Below are positions 27,621 to 38,391 of a stretch of 64,000 nt of DNA, in pieces (positions within the stretch are counted from its first letter, which is position 1; each line of letters starts with the position of its first letter). The stretch is from Thermoanaerobaculia bacterium (GTDB lineage: Bacteria; Acidobacteriota; Thermoanaerobaculia; UBA5066; Gp7-AA6). A program made the translations under genes and the position numbers. Under the pieces are notes generated by a model. It saw only the letters and a list, made by a program, of their open reading frames with translations. It searched no databases and was not told the DNA's origin. The stretch spans positions 6,436-70,435 of the forward strand of contig DASXAG010000047.1 in NCBI GenBank assembly GCA_036406835.1, written 5' to 3'.

Positions 27621-27637
27621 ATTCTACGTGATTCAAT
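27621..27637. promoter_or_regulatory. divergent promoter core: TAGAAT (minus, 7 nt from GTG 27613) and TGaTTCAAT (plus, 9 nt from ATG 27647)
   Basis: AT-rich 33-bp divergent gap. Neither start codon has an SD. Confidence 0.35.
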
Positions 27638-27646
27638 CTGGCTGAC

Positions 27647-28048
27647 ATGTTGCGCTGGGTCGGCATCGGGGTCCTCTTCGTCCTGCTGTGCGCCGAGGTC
27701 CTCGCGCGCGGGCCTCTCGAGCTGAAGCTGCCGCCGACGATCCTCTCGAACGCCGAGAAGGTGCAGAAGGACACGGCGCCCTACCTCGCCTTCCTCCACT
27801 GGGTCGCGCTGCAGGTCCCGCGCGGGGTGACGCTCGCGGTGCGCACGCCGGACTCGCTCTCCTACTTCATCGCGATCGGGCAGCTGCCCGACCAGACCGT
27901 GTGGCCGGCGACCGGCGTCGGCGGACCGCTCGCCGCGGGCGCCGAGGACGTCGACTGGGTGGCCTGCTACTTCTCGAACCTCGACGACGCCCGCTACGAA
28001 CGCGTCGCGACGTACGCCAACGGCTCGCTGCACCGCCGGCGGCGATGA
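27647..28048 (+). CDS. hypothetical exported/anchored protein
   Basis: Track ORF. N-terminal hydrophobic helix MLRWVGIGVLFVLLCAEVLA. Confidence 0.5.
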   Translation: MLRWVGIGVLFVLLCAEVLARGPLELKLPPTILSNAEKVQKDTAPYLAFLHWVALQVPRGVTLAVRTPDSLSYFIAIGQLPDQTVWPATGVGGPLAAGAEDVDWVACYFSNLDDARYERVATYANGSLHRRRR

Positions 28049-29337
28049 CGGGCCTCGTCTTCGTCGCCTCGCTCGCGGCCCTGCCGCTCGTCGGGTATCC
28101 GTTCGCGAGGCTGCGCGTCTTCGCGACCCTGACGCCCGCGGCGCGCTGGGGCCTGGCGAGCGCGGCCGGGCCGCTCGCGCTGTGCGTGGAGATGGTGCTC
28201 GCGACCGTGCTCCACGTACGGTGGTCGGCGCCGCTCCTGCTCCTGCCCCCGGCCGCCGCGCTGGCGCTTCCCGGGGACTGGCGTTTCCGCCGGCCGGCGC
28301 GGCCGGAGGGGGGCCCGACCCTCGCCCTCTCGGCGATGGCCGCGATCCTCGCCGTGGTCGCGTATGCGGCCGTCACCGCCCGGGCGACCGCGGCCGACTT
28401 CGTCCTCTTCTGGGGCGCGAAGGGCCAGCGGTTCGCGCAGGCGCGGGCCATCGACGTCGACTTCCTGCGCGACCCGCTCCACTCCCTCATCCATCCCGAC
28501 TACCCGCCGCTGGTGCCGTGTCTCTACGCGTGGGGGAGCCTCGTCGCCGGCCGCTTCGCGTGGAACGCCGCGCTGCTGTCCTTCCCGCTCTTCGTCGCGT
28601 TCACCGCGCTGACGCTCTACGGCTTCGCGACGCCGCGCGTCGGCCGGCGCGTGGCCGCGGAATACGCGTGCCTGCTCGCGGTCCTGCTCGGCCTGCTCGG
28701 CCTCACCAACATGATCGGCGGGGACGCCGAGCCCGAGCTCTTCCTGTTCGAGGTCCTCGCTCTCTCGGCGCTGATCTTCGCGGGCGGCACCGCGGCGGGC
28801 CTCGCGGCGGCGGCGATGGCCCTCGCGGGCGCCGTGCTGACGAAGATCGAGGGCACCGTGTTCGCGGCGCTCGTGGCCGCCGCCTACGCCGCGTTCGGGT
28901 CCGGGTACGGAACGCCCGGCCGGCGCGTCCGGGCGGCCGCGATCCTCGGCCTTCCGCCCGCGGTGGCGCTCGGCTCCTGGCTCCTCTTCTGCGAGCGCCA
29001 CGGCCTGCTGGACATCTACCGCCTGGGCAAGCGGACGACGCTGTCCTTCGCGGAGCTGCCGGTCATCGCCCGCGAGCTCGTGCGCGAGGACCTCTTCGGC
29101 GTGCGCCTCGCTCCGGTGGCGGTCGTCGCCGCGCTCCTCCTGTACAGGCGCCCGTCGCGCGAGGCGGTGTTCCCGCTCGCGGTCGCGGCCGGGTTCTGCG
29201 CCTTCATCGTCTACATGTACCTGACGGGCTCGGGCGATCCCACGCACTGGATCCAGTGGTCGGCCGCGCGCCTTTCGATGACCCCGCTGATCTGCGCCTT
29301 CCTAGCGGCCATCCGACGGCCGTCAGAAGCGACATAA
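28045..29337 (+). CDS. polytopic membrane protein, ArnT/PMT-like GT-C glycosyltransferase candidate
   Basis: Last 430 codons of track ORF 27688..29337. ATG 28045 overlaps the upstream stop (ATGA). More than 10 TM helices. Confidence 0.55.
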   Translation: MTGLVFVASLAALPLVGYPFARLRVFATLTPAARWGLASAAGPLALCVEMVLATVLHVRWSAPLLLLPPAAALALPGDWRFRRPARPEGGPTLALSAMAAILAVVAYAAVTARATAADFVLFWGAKGQRFAQARAIDVDFLRDPLHSLIHPDYPPLVPCLYAWGSLVAGRFAWNAALLSFPLFVAFTALTLYGFATPRVGRRVAAEYACLLAVLLGLLGLTNMIGGDAEPELFLFEVLALSALIFAGGTAAGLAAAAMALAGAVLTKIEGTVFAALVAAAYAAFGSGYGTPGRRVRAAAILGLPPAVALGSWLLFCERHGLLDIYRLGKRTTLSFAELPVIARELVREDLFGVRLAPVAVVAALLLYRRPSREAVFPLAVAAGFCAFIVYMYLTGSGDPTHWIQWSAARLSMTPLICAFLAAIRRPSEAT

Positions 29338-29392
29338 GATACTGAAAACACAAGATAAATTGGCCACCGTGGGCGGTGCCGTCCCCGGGTTG

Positions 29393-29419
29393 CTAGCACT
29401 CATCGGTGAGGAGTGCTAG
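29393..29419 (+). promoter_or_regulatory. CIRCE operator (HrcA binding site)
   Basis: CTAGCACTC-N9-GAGTGCTAG, a perfect 9-bp inverted repeat with a 9-nt spacer, about 75 nt upstream of groES. Consensus is TTAGCACTC-N9-GAGTGCTAA. Confidence 0.85.
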
Positions 29420-29494
29420 TATTCGCTCCCCGCGGCGGCGCGAAGCCGCTCGCTCTTGAAAAAAGGCCATTCAACTTTCACAGGAGGAAGTTTC

Positions 29495-31446
<1,952 letters not shown>

Positions 31447-31468
31447 TCCGTTTCGAGAGTCTCTGGGA

Positions 31469-31497
31469 AGCCCCGGCGAGAGCCGGGGCTTTTTTTT
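31469..31497 (+). terminator. intrinsic terminator
   Basis: AGCCCCGGC-GAGA-GCCGGGGCT: a 9-bp GC stem with a 4-nt loop, followed by T8. It lies between convergent groEL and the metallopeptidase gene. Confidence 0.85.
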
Positions 31498-31507
31498 GGG
31501 CGTGAGG

Positions 31508-32371
31508 CTAGAACACGCCCTGGAAGGTGTTGCAGGCTCCCGGGTCGCCGCTCTGGAGTCCTCGCCGCAGCCACTCGACGCGCTGCTGCGAGGAGCCGTG
31601 CGTGAAGGACTCCGGCTGAACGACCCCGGCGGACATCTTCTGGAGCCGGTCGTCGCCGATCGCGGCGGCCGCGCGCATCCCCTCCTCGGCGTCGCCCGGC
31701 TGGACGAGCCCCTTCTTCGCCCCGCGGTTGCCCCACACGCCGGCGTAGCAGTCGGCCTGGAGCTCGAGGCGCACCGAGAGCTGGTTGCCGTCCTCGCGCG
31801 AGACCCGCTCCTGGAGCTGGCGCATCTTGCCCTCGGTGCCGGTCAGCGTCTGGACGTGGTGCCCGATCTCGTGGGCGATGACGTAGGCCTGCGCGAACTC
31901 GCCGGCTCCTCCGAGGCGCGCGAGCTCGTTGAAGAACGAGAGGTCGAGGTACACCTTGTGGTCGTCCGGGCAGTAGAAGGGTCCCTGCGCCTCGCGGCCG
32001 AGGCCGCACGCCGTCTGCGTCATGCCCGTGAAGAGGGTGAGCTTCGGCTTCTCGTACTGACGGCCCTGAGCGGCGAAGATCTCGCCCCAGGTGTCCTCGG
32101 TGTCGGCGAGGATGACCGAGACGAACTTCTTGCCGGTGTCCTCCGTCCGGGTTCCGCCCGACGGACCGGCGGGCGCCGGCGCGGGCGCCGACTGCGTCGA
32201 GGACTGAGCGCCGCTCAGGAGCGCGAGGATCCGGAGCGGGTTGGTGCCGGTGAGCCAGCCGATGACGAGCGCGAGGATCACGGTGCCGCAGCCGATCGTG
32301 CCGATGCGGCCGCCGGGCATCCCCCTTCGATCCTCGACCTGGTCGCTTTCGCGTCTTCCCATCCAGTCCAT
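31508..32371 (-). CDS. neutral zinc metallopeptidase (YpfJ family)
   Basis: Track ORF. N-terminal TM segment, HEIGHH zinc motif, ELQADCYAG. Confidence 0.85.
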   Translation of the reverse strand: MDWMGRRESDQVEDRRGMPGGRIGTIGCGTVILALVIGWLTGTNPLRILALLSGAQSSTQSAPAPAPAGPSGGTRTEDTGKKFVSVILADTEDTWGEIFAAQGRQYEKPKLTLFTGMTQTACGLGREAQGPFYCPDDHKVYLDLSFFNELARLGGAGEFAQAYVIAHEIGHHVQTLTGTEGKMRQLQERVSREDGNQLSVRLELQADCYAGVWGNRGAKKGLVQPGDAEEGMRAAAAIGDDRLQKMSAGVVQPESFTHGSSQQRVEWLRRGLQSGDPGACNTFQGVF

Positions 32372-32378
32372 GGGGCGG

Positions 32379-32417
32379 ACTCTATCTCCGGATAGGATCG
32401 CGAGTCCTCCGTATACT
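32379..32417. promoter_or_regulatory. divergent promoter region: TAGAGT (minus, 7 nt from ATG 32371) and TATACT (plus, 7 nt from ATG 32425)
   Basis: Boxes at 32384..32379 and 32412..32417. A small CTATC-TCCG-GATAG palindrome lies between them. Neither start has an SD. Confidence 0.4.
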
Positions 32418-32424
32418 CGTTCCG

Positions 32425-33351
32425 ATGGATATGGCCTCGCGCGGCAGCCTTGTCAGCGCGGTGATCGTCCACTACAAGACCCCTGACGACACGCTGGCGG
32501 CGGCGAGGGCGGTGGAGGAGACGGCGCCGGCGGCCGAGATCGTCGTCGTCGACAACGCCTCCGGGGACCGGGTCGCCGAGGAGCTCGAGCGGCGGATTCC
32601 CGGTGCGCGGCTGATTCGCGAGCCCGTCAACCGGGGATACGGCGCCGCCTGCAACCGCGGCGCCCGCGGCAGCTCGCGCCCCCTCCTCCTGTTCCTCAAC
32701 TCGGACGCCCAGGTCCGCCCCGGCGCCGTGGCCCGGCTCGAGGAGGCGCTCGAAGGCGATCCGCTGGCCGCGGCGGCGGGCCCGCGTCTCCTCGACTCCG
32801 CGATGAGGCCGCAGTCCTCGATCCGGCTCCTGCCCACGCCGTGGCGCATCTTCTGCGAGAGCTCGGGCCTCGCCTTTCTGGCGGGAGGGCGCGAGCCGTT
32901 CGGCGGCCACACCGCCACGCGGCAGGACCACGGCCCCGGACTCCGCCTCGCGGTCGCGGTCGAGGCGCTGATGGGCGCGGCGCTGCTCGTGCGCCGCTCC
33001 GACTTCGAGGCGGTCGGCGGTTTCGACGAGTCCTTCTTCCTGTACGCCGAGGAGACCGACCTCATGCGCCGGTTCCGGGACGCCGGGCGCCGCGTCCTCT
33101 TCGTGCCCGAGGCGGAGGTCGTGCACGCCGGGGGCCGCTCCGGCGGCGACCGTCTCTTCGGCCAGCTGCACGCGTCGCTGATCCGCTACGTCCGCAAGCA
33201 CCACGGCGGCGCGGAGGCGAGCCTCGCGGCGGCCGTGCTCGACGCGGGCGCGGCCGGGCGGTACGTGGCGGCCCTGCTCACGCCGGGAGAGCGCGGGCGC
33301 GCGCGACGGCTCCGGTATCGGGCCGCACTCTCGAGGCGAAGCGCTCGTTGA
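32425..33351 (+). CDS. family 2 glycosyltransferase
   Basis: Track ORF. VSAVIVHYK, VVVDNASGD, FLNSDA and EETDL motifs (rhamnosyltransferase-like GT2). Confidence 0.85.
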   Translation: MDMASRGSLVSAVIVHYKTPDDTLAAARAVEETAPAAEIVVVDNASGDRVAEELERRIPGARLIREPVNRGYGAACNRGARGSSRPLLLFLNSDAQVRPGAVARLEEALEGDPLAAAAGPRLLDSAMRPQSSIRLLPTPWRIFCESSGLAFLAGGREPFGGHTATRQDHGPGLRLAVAVEALMGAALLVRRSDFEAVGGFDESFFLYAEETDLMRRFRDAGRRVLFVPEAEVVHAGGRSGGDRLFGQLHASLIRYVRKHHGGAEASLAAAVLDAGAAGRYVAALLTPGERGRARRLRYRAALSRRSAR

Positions 33352-34559
33352 TGAAGCCTCTGCTCTACAGCCTCCTGCCGCGCCCGCCGCATCCGACGCG
33401 CGACGGCCTGGCGATCCGCAACTACCACCTGCTCGCGGCCCTCGCCTCGCGGTTCCGCGTGCGCGCGTTCTGCCTGCGCGATCCCGAGCGCGCGTACGGC
33501 GGCGGCGAGTTCCCGCCGGGCGTGGACGCCGAGTTCGTGCCGCAGGCCCCGCGGGGCGCCCGGCGCGCCGGGGCCGCGCTGGCGAGCCTCCTCTCGGGCG
33601 GCGCGTACTCGGAGCGGCTCTACCGCTCGGGCCGGCTGGCGCGGCGGGTCGCGTCGCTCGCGCGACGGGAAGAGCCGCGCTGGATCGTGGCCCACGCCTA
33701 CCACGTGGCCCCGGCCGCGCTCGGCGCGGGACGCCCCGTATGGATCGACTTCCACAACCTCGACTCGGAGATCTGGGAGCGGACCGCCGAGACCGCCTCG
33801 GCGGGAGGCATCCGCCGCTTCGCCCGGCTCCAGGCGCCTCGCGTGCGCGCGCTCGAGCGCCGCCTCGTCGCCTCGGCGGCCGGCGTCTCGTGCGTGTCGG
33901 CGCGCGACGCCGCGGGATTGGTCGCGCTGGTCGCGCCCCGCACGGCCAGGCCCCCGCTCGTCGTGTCCAACGGCGTGGACCTCGGGCGCTACCCGATGCG
34001 GTCCGATGCGGCTCCCGGCGAGCGGCTCCTCTTCGTGGGCGACCTCTCGTGGCCGCCCAACGCGGAGGCGGTACGGTGGTTCGCGAAGGACGTCTGGCCG
34101 CGGATCCAGCGCGCGCGTCCCGCCGCCCGCGCGGAGATCGTCGGGCGCTCGGCGCCGCGCGACCTCCTGCGGCTCGCGTCGGCCGGGCTCTCCTTCGCCG
34201 GCGACGTTCCGGACACGCGCCCGCACTGGACGGCGGCAGCGGTGGCGTTCGTGCCCCTGCTCGCCGGCGGTGGGACGCGGCTCAAGATCCTCGAGGCCGC
34301 CGCCTGCGGCGTTCCCGTCGTGGCGACGCCGGTCGGCGCGGAGGGGCTCGAATTCGCGCCGGAGCGCGAGATCCGCCTGCGGGAGGACGCCGCCGGGTTC
34401 GCCGACGCCGTCGCCGCGCTGCTCGCGGATCCCGCGGCCGCGCGGGCCCAGGCGATCGCGGCGCGGTCGCGCGTCGAGGCGCTGTACGACTGGCGGCGGA
34501 TCGGCGCGGAGTTCGCGCGGTCCCTCGAAGAAGACGGGACGGGGGAGGCTCGAGGGTGA
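33351..34559 (+). CDS. family 4 (GT-B) glycosyltransferase
   Basis: Last 402 codons of track ORF 32841..34559. GGGTRLKILEAAACGVPVVATPVGAEG (EX7E-type region). The ATG overlaps the upstream TGA. Confidence 0.85.
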   Translation: MKPLLYSLLPRPPHPTRDGLAIRNYHLLAALASRFRVRAFCLRDPERAYGGGEFPPGVDAEFVPQAPRGARRAGAALASLLSGGAYSERLYRSGRLARRVASLARREEPRWIVAHAYHVAPAALGAGRPVWIDFHNLDSEIWERTAETASAGGIRRFARLQAPRVRALERRLVASAAGVSCVSARDAAGLVALVAPRTARPPLVVSNGVDLGRYPMRSDAAPGERLLFVGDLSWPPNAEAVRWFAKDVWPRIQRARPAARAEIVGRSAPRDLLRLASAGLSFAGDVPDTRPHWTAAAVAFVPLLAGGGTRLKILEAAACGVPVVATPVGAEGLEFAPEREIRLREDAAGFADAVAALLADPAAARAQAIAARSRVEALYDWRRIGAEFARSLEEDGTGEARG

Positions 34560-35731
34560 CGGCGGCCGCCCTGGCTCTCGCGAGCCTCTCCGCCGCGCTC
34601 TTCCTGTGGTCGTACGCGATCTACCCCGCGTGGATCGTCCGCCGCGCGGCGAGGGCCGCGGTCGACGTCGCGGACGAGACGCCGCCGGACGCGGGCGCGT
34701 CGCCGAGCGTGGAGGTGCTCCTCTCCGCCGCCGACGAGGAGACCGTGATCGGGGCGCGCGTGCGGGACCTGCTCGCGCAGGCCGGCGTGTCGGGAATCGC
34801 GATCGGCTGCGACGGCTCGCGCGACGCCACCGCGGCGCGGGCGCGCGAGGCCGCCGCCTCGGCGCCCGAGTCCATGCGGGCGCGGGTACGGGTGCGGATC
34901 GTCGAGTTCCCGTCGCGGCGCGGGAAGGCCGCGGTCCTGAACGACCTGATCCACGAAAGCACGGCGGACCTGCTCGTCTTCACCGACGCGAACACGCGCT
35001 TCGACGCCGGTGCGGTCGCCGCGCTCGCCGCCGCCTGCGCCCCGACGCGCGTCGGCGCCGCCTGCGGGCGTCTCGTCTTCGAGCGCGCGGCCGGTGCGCG
35101 CGCGACGCCCGAGAGCGACTTCTGGGACCGGGAGACGCGCCTCAAGGAGGCGGAGGGACGGCTCGGCGTCTGCCTCGGGGCGAACGGCGCGATCTACGCG
35201 ATCCGGCGGGAGCTCGCGACGCCGCTGCCTCCCGACACGACCTCGATGGACGACTTTCTGATTCCCGTGCGCGTGGCGCGGCGGGGCCGGAGGATCGTGT
35301 TCGCCGGCGAGGCGGTCGCGCGCGAGGACGCCGCGCGCGACGTCGCGGCCGAGGCCGCGCGCCGGTTCCGGATCGGCGTCGGCGCGGGCCAGGTCCTGCG
35401 CCGCGAGCGATGGCTGTGGAACGCGCGCGCACACGCGACGCTGACCCTCGCCTACGCGTCGCGCAAGGCCGCGCGCTGGCTCGCGCCGCTCTGCGGGCTG
35501 CTGGCGGCGTGCGCCGCGCTCGCGTCGCCGCCGCCCCTTCGCGCGTGGGGCGCCGCCGCGGTGGGGATCCTCGCGCTCCTGGGCCTGCGGCTCGCGCTGC
35601 GTCCGAGTCTCCGCGGGATCGGGGGGAGGCTCTATTATTTCGCCGTGCTGAACGCCGTCCTCGCCCTCGGCGTCGCCGCGGGACTGCTGGGCTACAGCCG
35701 TCCCGCCTGGACGCGGACGGCGCGCTCGTGA
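34556..35731 (+). CDS. membrane-embedded family 2 glycosyltransferase (synthase-like)
   Basis: Last 391 codons of track ORF 33740..35731. N-terminal TM, VFTDANT, TTSMDDF, and C-terminal TM helices. GTGA overlap with the upstream gene. Confidence 0.78.
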   Translation: MTAAALALASLSAALFLWSYAIYPAWIVRRAARAAVDVADETPPDAGASPSVEVLLSAADEETVIGARVRDLLAQAGVSGIAIGCDGSRDATAARAREAAASAPESMRARVRVRIVEFPSRRGKAAVLNDLIHESTADLLVFTDANTRFDAGAVAALAAACAPTRVGAACGRLVFERAAGARATPESDFWDRETRLKEAEGRLGVCLGANGAIYAIRRELATPLPPDTTSMDDFLIPVRVARRGRRIVFAGEAVAREDAARDVAAEAARRFRIGVGAGQVLRRERWLWNARAHATLTLAYASRKAARWLAPLCGLLAACAALASPPPLRAWGAAAVGILALLGLRLALRPSLRGIGGRLYYFAVLNAVLALGVAAGLLGYSRPAWTRTARS

Positions 35732-37116
35732 GCCGGGGCGCCCGGCTCGCGCGCCGCCGCTCGACGTTCGCGGCCGTCGCCGCCGTGGGCGATTGCGCGA
35801 TCGCGGTCGGCGCGTTCGACGCCGCCTTCTTCCTCCGCACGCACGTCGCGGTCCCCGGAACGGTGACCCTGCTGCCGAGCGGGAGCGTGCGGTTCACCTT
35901 CGGGAACGTGCTGATCGTGGCCGCCGTGCAGCTCCTCTGCCTCTGGTACTTCGGCCTCTACCGCGACCACGAGCGCTTCCGCGAGTCGATCGCGCGGCGC
36001 CTCCTGCCGGTCCTGCTGGTCGAGCTGATCACGCTCGCCTCGATCTACTTCCTGGGGCTGGGACAGCCGTATGCGTTCCCGCGGTCGGTGCTCGTCGTCT
36101 ACGTCGTCTTCAACGGCGTCCTGCTGGCGCTCTGGCGCGCCGCAATGGACCGGTTGTTCCCGGCGCCCCGCCGGAGGGCGCTCGTCGTCGGGACGGGCCC
36201 GGCCGCGAACCTGATCGCGGAGACGATCCGCCGGCACCCGTGGACCGGCGTCGAGCTGGTCGGCGCGCTGGGCGAACAAGGCGGCGACGCGCGCGGCCTC
36301 GAAGTTCTCGGACCTCCGGAGACGCTCGTCGAAGTTGTCGAGCGCGAGGCCATCGACGAGGTGATCCTGACGCCCGAGGCCGCGTCGTGGCGCGACCAGA
36401 TCCCGGAGCGCATCCCGTCGGGATTCGCGGCGGACCTGCTCGTCTGGCCCTCGCCCTTCGAGACGATGATCGGCAGGCTTCGCTTCCGTATCGTCGGGGA
36501 CCTCCCGCTCCTCGAGGCGCGCGTCCGCCCGCTCGACGGCGCCGCCGCCTTCGTCAAGCGATTCTTCGACGTCCTCGCCGCGGGCGCTCTCCTGCTCGCG
36601 CTGTCGCCGGTGCTGGCGGTCGCGGCGCTGCTCGTCGTCTCGACCTCCCGCGGCGGTCCTTTCTACCGGCAGACGCGCGTCGGCCGCGACGGAGTGCTCT
36701 TCGAGCTGTGGAAGCTCCGCACGATGCGCCGCGGCGCCGAGATCGAGACGGGCGCCGTCCTCGCCGTTCCCGACGATCCCCGCGTCACCGCGATCGGCCG
36801 GGCGCTGCGCTCGGCCCGCGTCGACGAGATCCCGCAGCTGTGGAACGTCGTGCAGGGCGACATGAGCCTCGTTGGGCCGCGGCCCGAGAGGCCGGAGTTC
36901 GCGGAGCGCTTCGCGCGGACGATCTCGGGCTACACGCTGCGCCACGCGGCCCGGCCGGGCCTGACGGGCCTCGCCCAGGTCTCGGGCGAGTACTCGACCG
37001 AGCCCGACATCAAGTTGCGCTACGATCTGGCGTACTTGAACAACTGGTCGATCGGTCTCGATCTGGCGATCCTGCTGCGCACGTTGCCGGTCATCCTCAC
37101 GCGCCGTGGCATCTGA
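35728..37116 (+). CDS. exopolysaccharide-priming polyprenyl glycosylphosphotransferase (WbaP/EpsB-type sugar transferase)
   Basis: Last 462 codons of track ORF 34006..37116. KRFFDVL, LWKLRTM, DEIPQLWNVVQGDMSLVGPRPE motifs. GTGA overlap with the upstream gene. Confidence 0.88.
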   Translation: MSRGARLARRRSTFAAVAAVGDCAIAVGAFDAAFFLRTHVAVPGTVTLLPSGSVRFTFGNVLIVAAVQLLCLWYFGLYRDHERFRESIARRLLPVLLVELITLASIYFLGLGQPYAFPRSVLVVYVVFNGVLLALWRAAMDRLFPAPRRRALVVGTGPAANLIAETIRRHPWTGVELVGALGEQGGDARGLEVLGPPETLVEVVEREAIDEVILTPEAASWRDQIPERIPSGFAADLLVWPSPFETMIGRLRFRIVGDLPLLEARVRPLDGAAAFVKRFFDVLAAGALLLALSPVLAVAALLVVSTSRGGPFYRQTRVGRDGVLFELWKLRTMRRGAEIETGAVLAVPDDPRVTAIGRALRSARVDEIPQLWNVVQGDMSLVGPRPERPEFAERFARTISGYTLRHAARPGLTGLAQVSGEYSTEPDIKLRYDLAYLNNWSIGLDLAILLRTLPVILTRRGI

Positions 37117-37861
37117 CGCGACCCGACGCGGCCGCGTCGCCGTCGTCATGCCGGCGTACAACGCCGAGAAGACGCTCGAGCGCACGTACGCGGACGTGCC
37201 CAAGGACTGCGTCGACGACGTGATCCTGGTGGACGACCGCTCGCGCGACCGGACGGTCGAGATCGCGCGAGGGCTCGGCCTCCACGTCGTCGTCCACGAG
37301 CAGAACCGGGGCTACGGCGGCAACCAGAAGACGTGCTACCGGACGGCGCTCGAGCGCGGTGCCGACGTCGTCATCATGGTGCACCCGGACCACCAGTACG
37401 ACCCGACCGTCATCCCGGACCTGCTCGCCGCGCTCCACAGGGGGGCGTTCGACGCCGCCTTCGGGAGCCGCATGCTGGGCGGCCGACCCATCCAGGGCGG
37501 CATGCCGAAGTGGAAGTTCTTCGGCAACATCCTGCTGACCGCCATCGAGAACGCCACGTTCCTGATCTACCTGACCGAGTACCACAGCGGGTTCCGCGCC
37601 TACACGCGACGGTACCTCGAGGCGGTGAACCTGGAGGCCAACTCGGACGGCTTCGTCTTCGACACCGAGATCATCGCGCAGGGAATGGCGAAGGGCCTGC
37701 GCATCACCGAGATTCCGATCGCGACGCGGTACTTCGACGAGGCCTCGCAGATCGCGTTCGGTCCGTCGGTGCGCTACGGCCTCGCGATCCTGAAGACGAT
37801 GATCCTCTTCAAGCTCCACACCTGGGGCATCTACTCGAGCCGGATCTTCCGCGACCGCTAG
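37106..37861 (+). CDS. family 2 glycosyltransferase (DPM1-like, soluble)
   Basis: Track ORF. VAVVMPAYNAEKTL, LVDDRSRD, HPDHQYDP. GTG start overlaps the upstream gene by 11 nt. Confidence 0.85.
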   Translation: MASDATRRGRVAVVMPAYNAEKTLERTYADVPKDCVDDVILVDDRSRDRTVEIARGLGLHVVVHEQNRGYGGNQKTCYRTALERGADVVIMVHPDHQYDPTVIPDLLAALHRGAFDAAFGSRMLGGRPIQGGMPKWKFFGNILLTAIENATFLIYLTEYHSGFRAYTRRYLEAVNLEANSDGFVFDTEIIAQGMAKGLRITEIPIATRYFDEASQIAFGPSVRYGLAILKTMILFKLHTWGIYSSRIFRDR

Positions 37862-38391
37862 CGCGGCTCGTCGGAAGGCAGCGGGGGCGGGGCGGCGAGC
37901 GTTCCCTGACGCAGCTCGGCGTCGAGGCGCGCGATCTGCGCCTGCAGCGGTCCGCGCGGCGCCTCGGGCAGGCTCGCCAGGATCTCCGGGCTGATCCAGC
38001 CGGCGCGCAGGAGAGCGGCCTCGCCGGGCTCGCGCTTTCCGATCGCCAGGTAGGAGCGGCCGAGATTCAGGTCGATCTCCGAGCGCTCGCCGGTGGCCAG
38101 CGCCGCGCGGTAGAACTCGAGTGCGCGCTGCGGCTGGCCCGTCACGAGGAGGGACGAGGCGCCGATCATCCACGGACGCGGGTCTCCCGGCAGCGCCGTC
38201 GTCGTGGAGAGCGCGAGCAGGCCCACGGCCTGGATCCGGTGCTGCGTGTCGGGAATCTGCGGCGAGGCGACGAGGTCCTGGAACGCCGCGGTCGCGACGC
38301 CGACGCGCCGCTCGGCCCCGTAGCGCGGGATCTCGGGCGCGGCGAGGAGGGCGAGCACGGCCGCCCCGGCGAGCGCGATCAGCAGCCTCAC
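37858..38391 (-). CDS. hypothetical anchored protein with TPR-like repeat
   Basis: Last 177 codons of track ORF 37858..39330. GTG 38391 overlaps the upstream stop (GTGA). N-terminal helix VRLLIALAGAAVLALLAA. ALEFYRAALATG...LNLGRSYLAIG. Confidence 0.5.
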   Translation of the reverse strand: MRLLIALAGAAVLALLAAPEIPRYGAERRVGVATAAFQDLVASPQIPDTQHRIQAVGLLALSTTTALPGDPRPWMIGASSLLVTGQPQRALEFYRAALATGERSEIDLNLGRSYLAIGKREPGEAALLRAGWISPEILASLPEAPRGPLQAQIARLDAELRQGTLAAPPPLPSDEPR

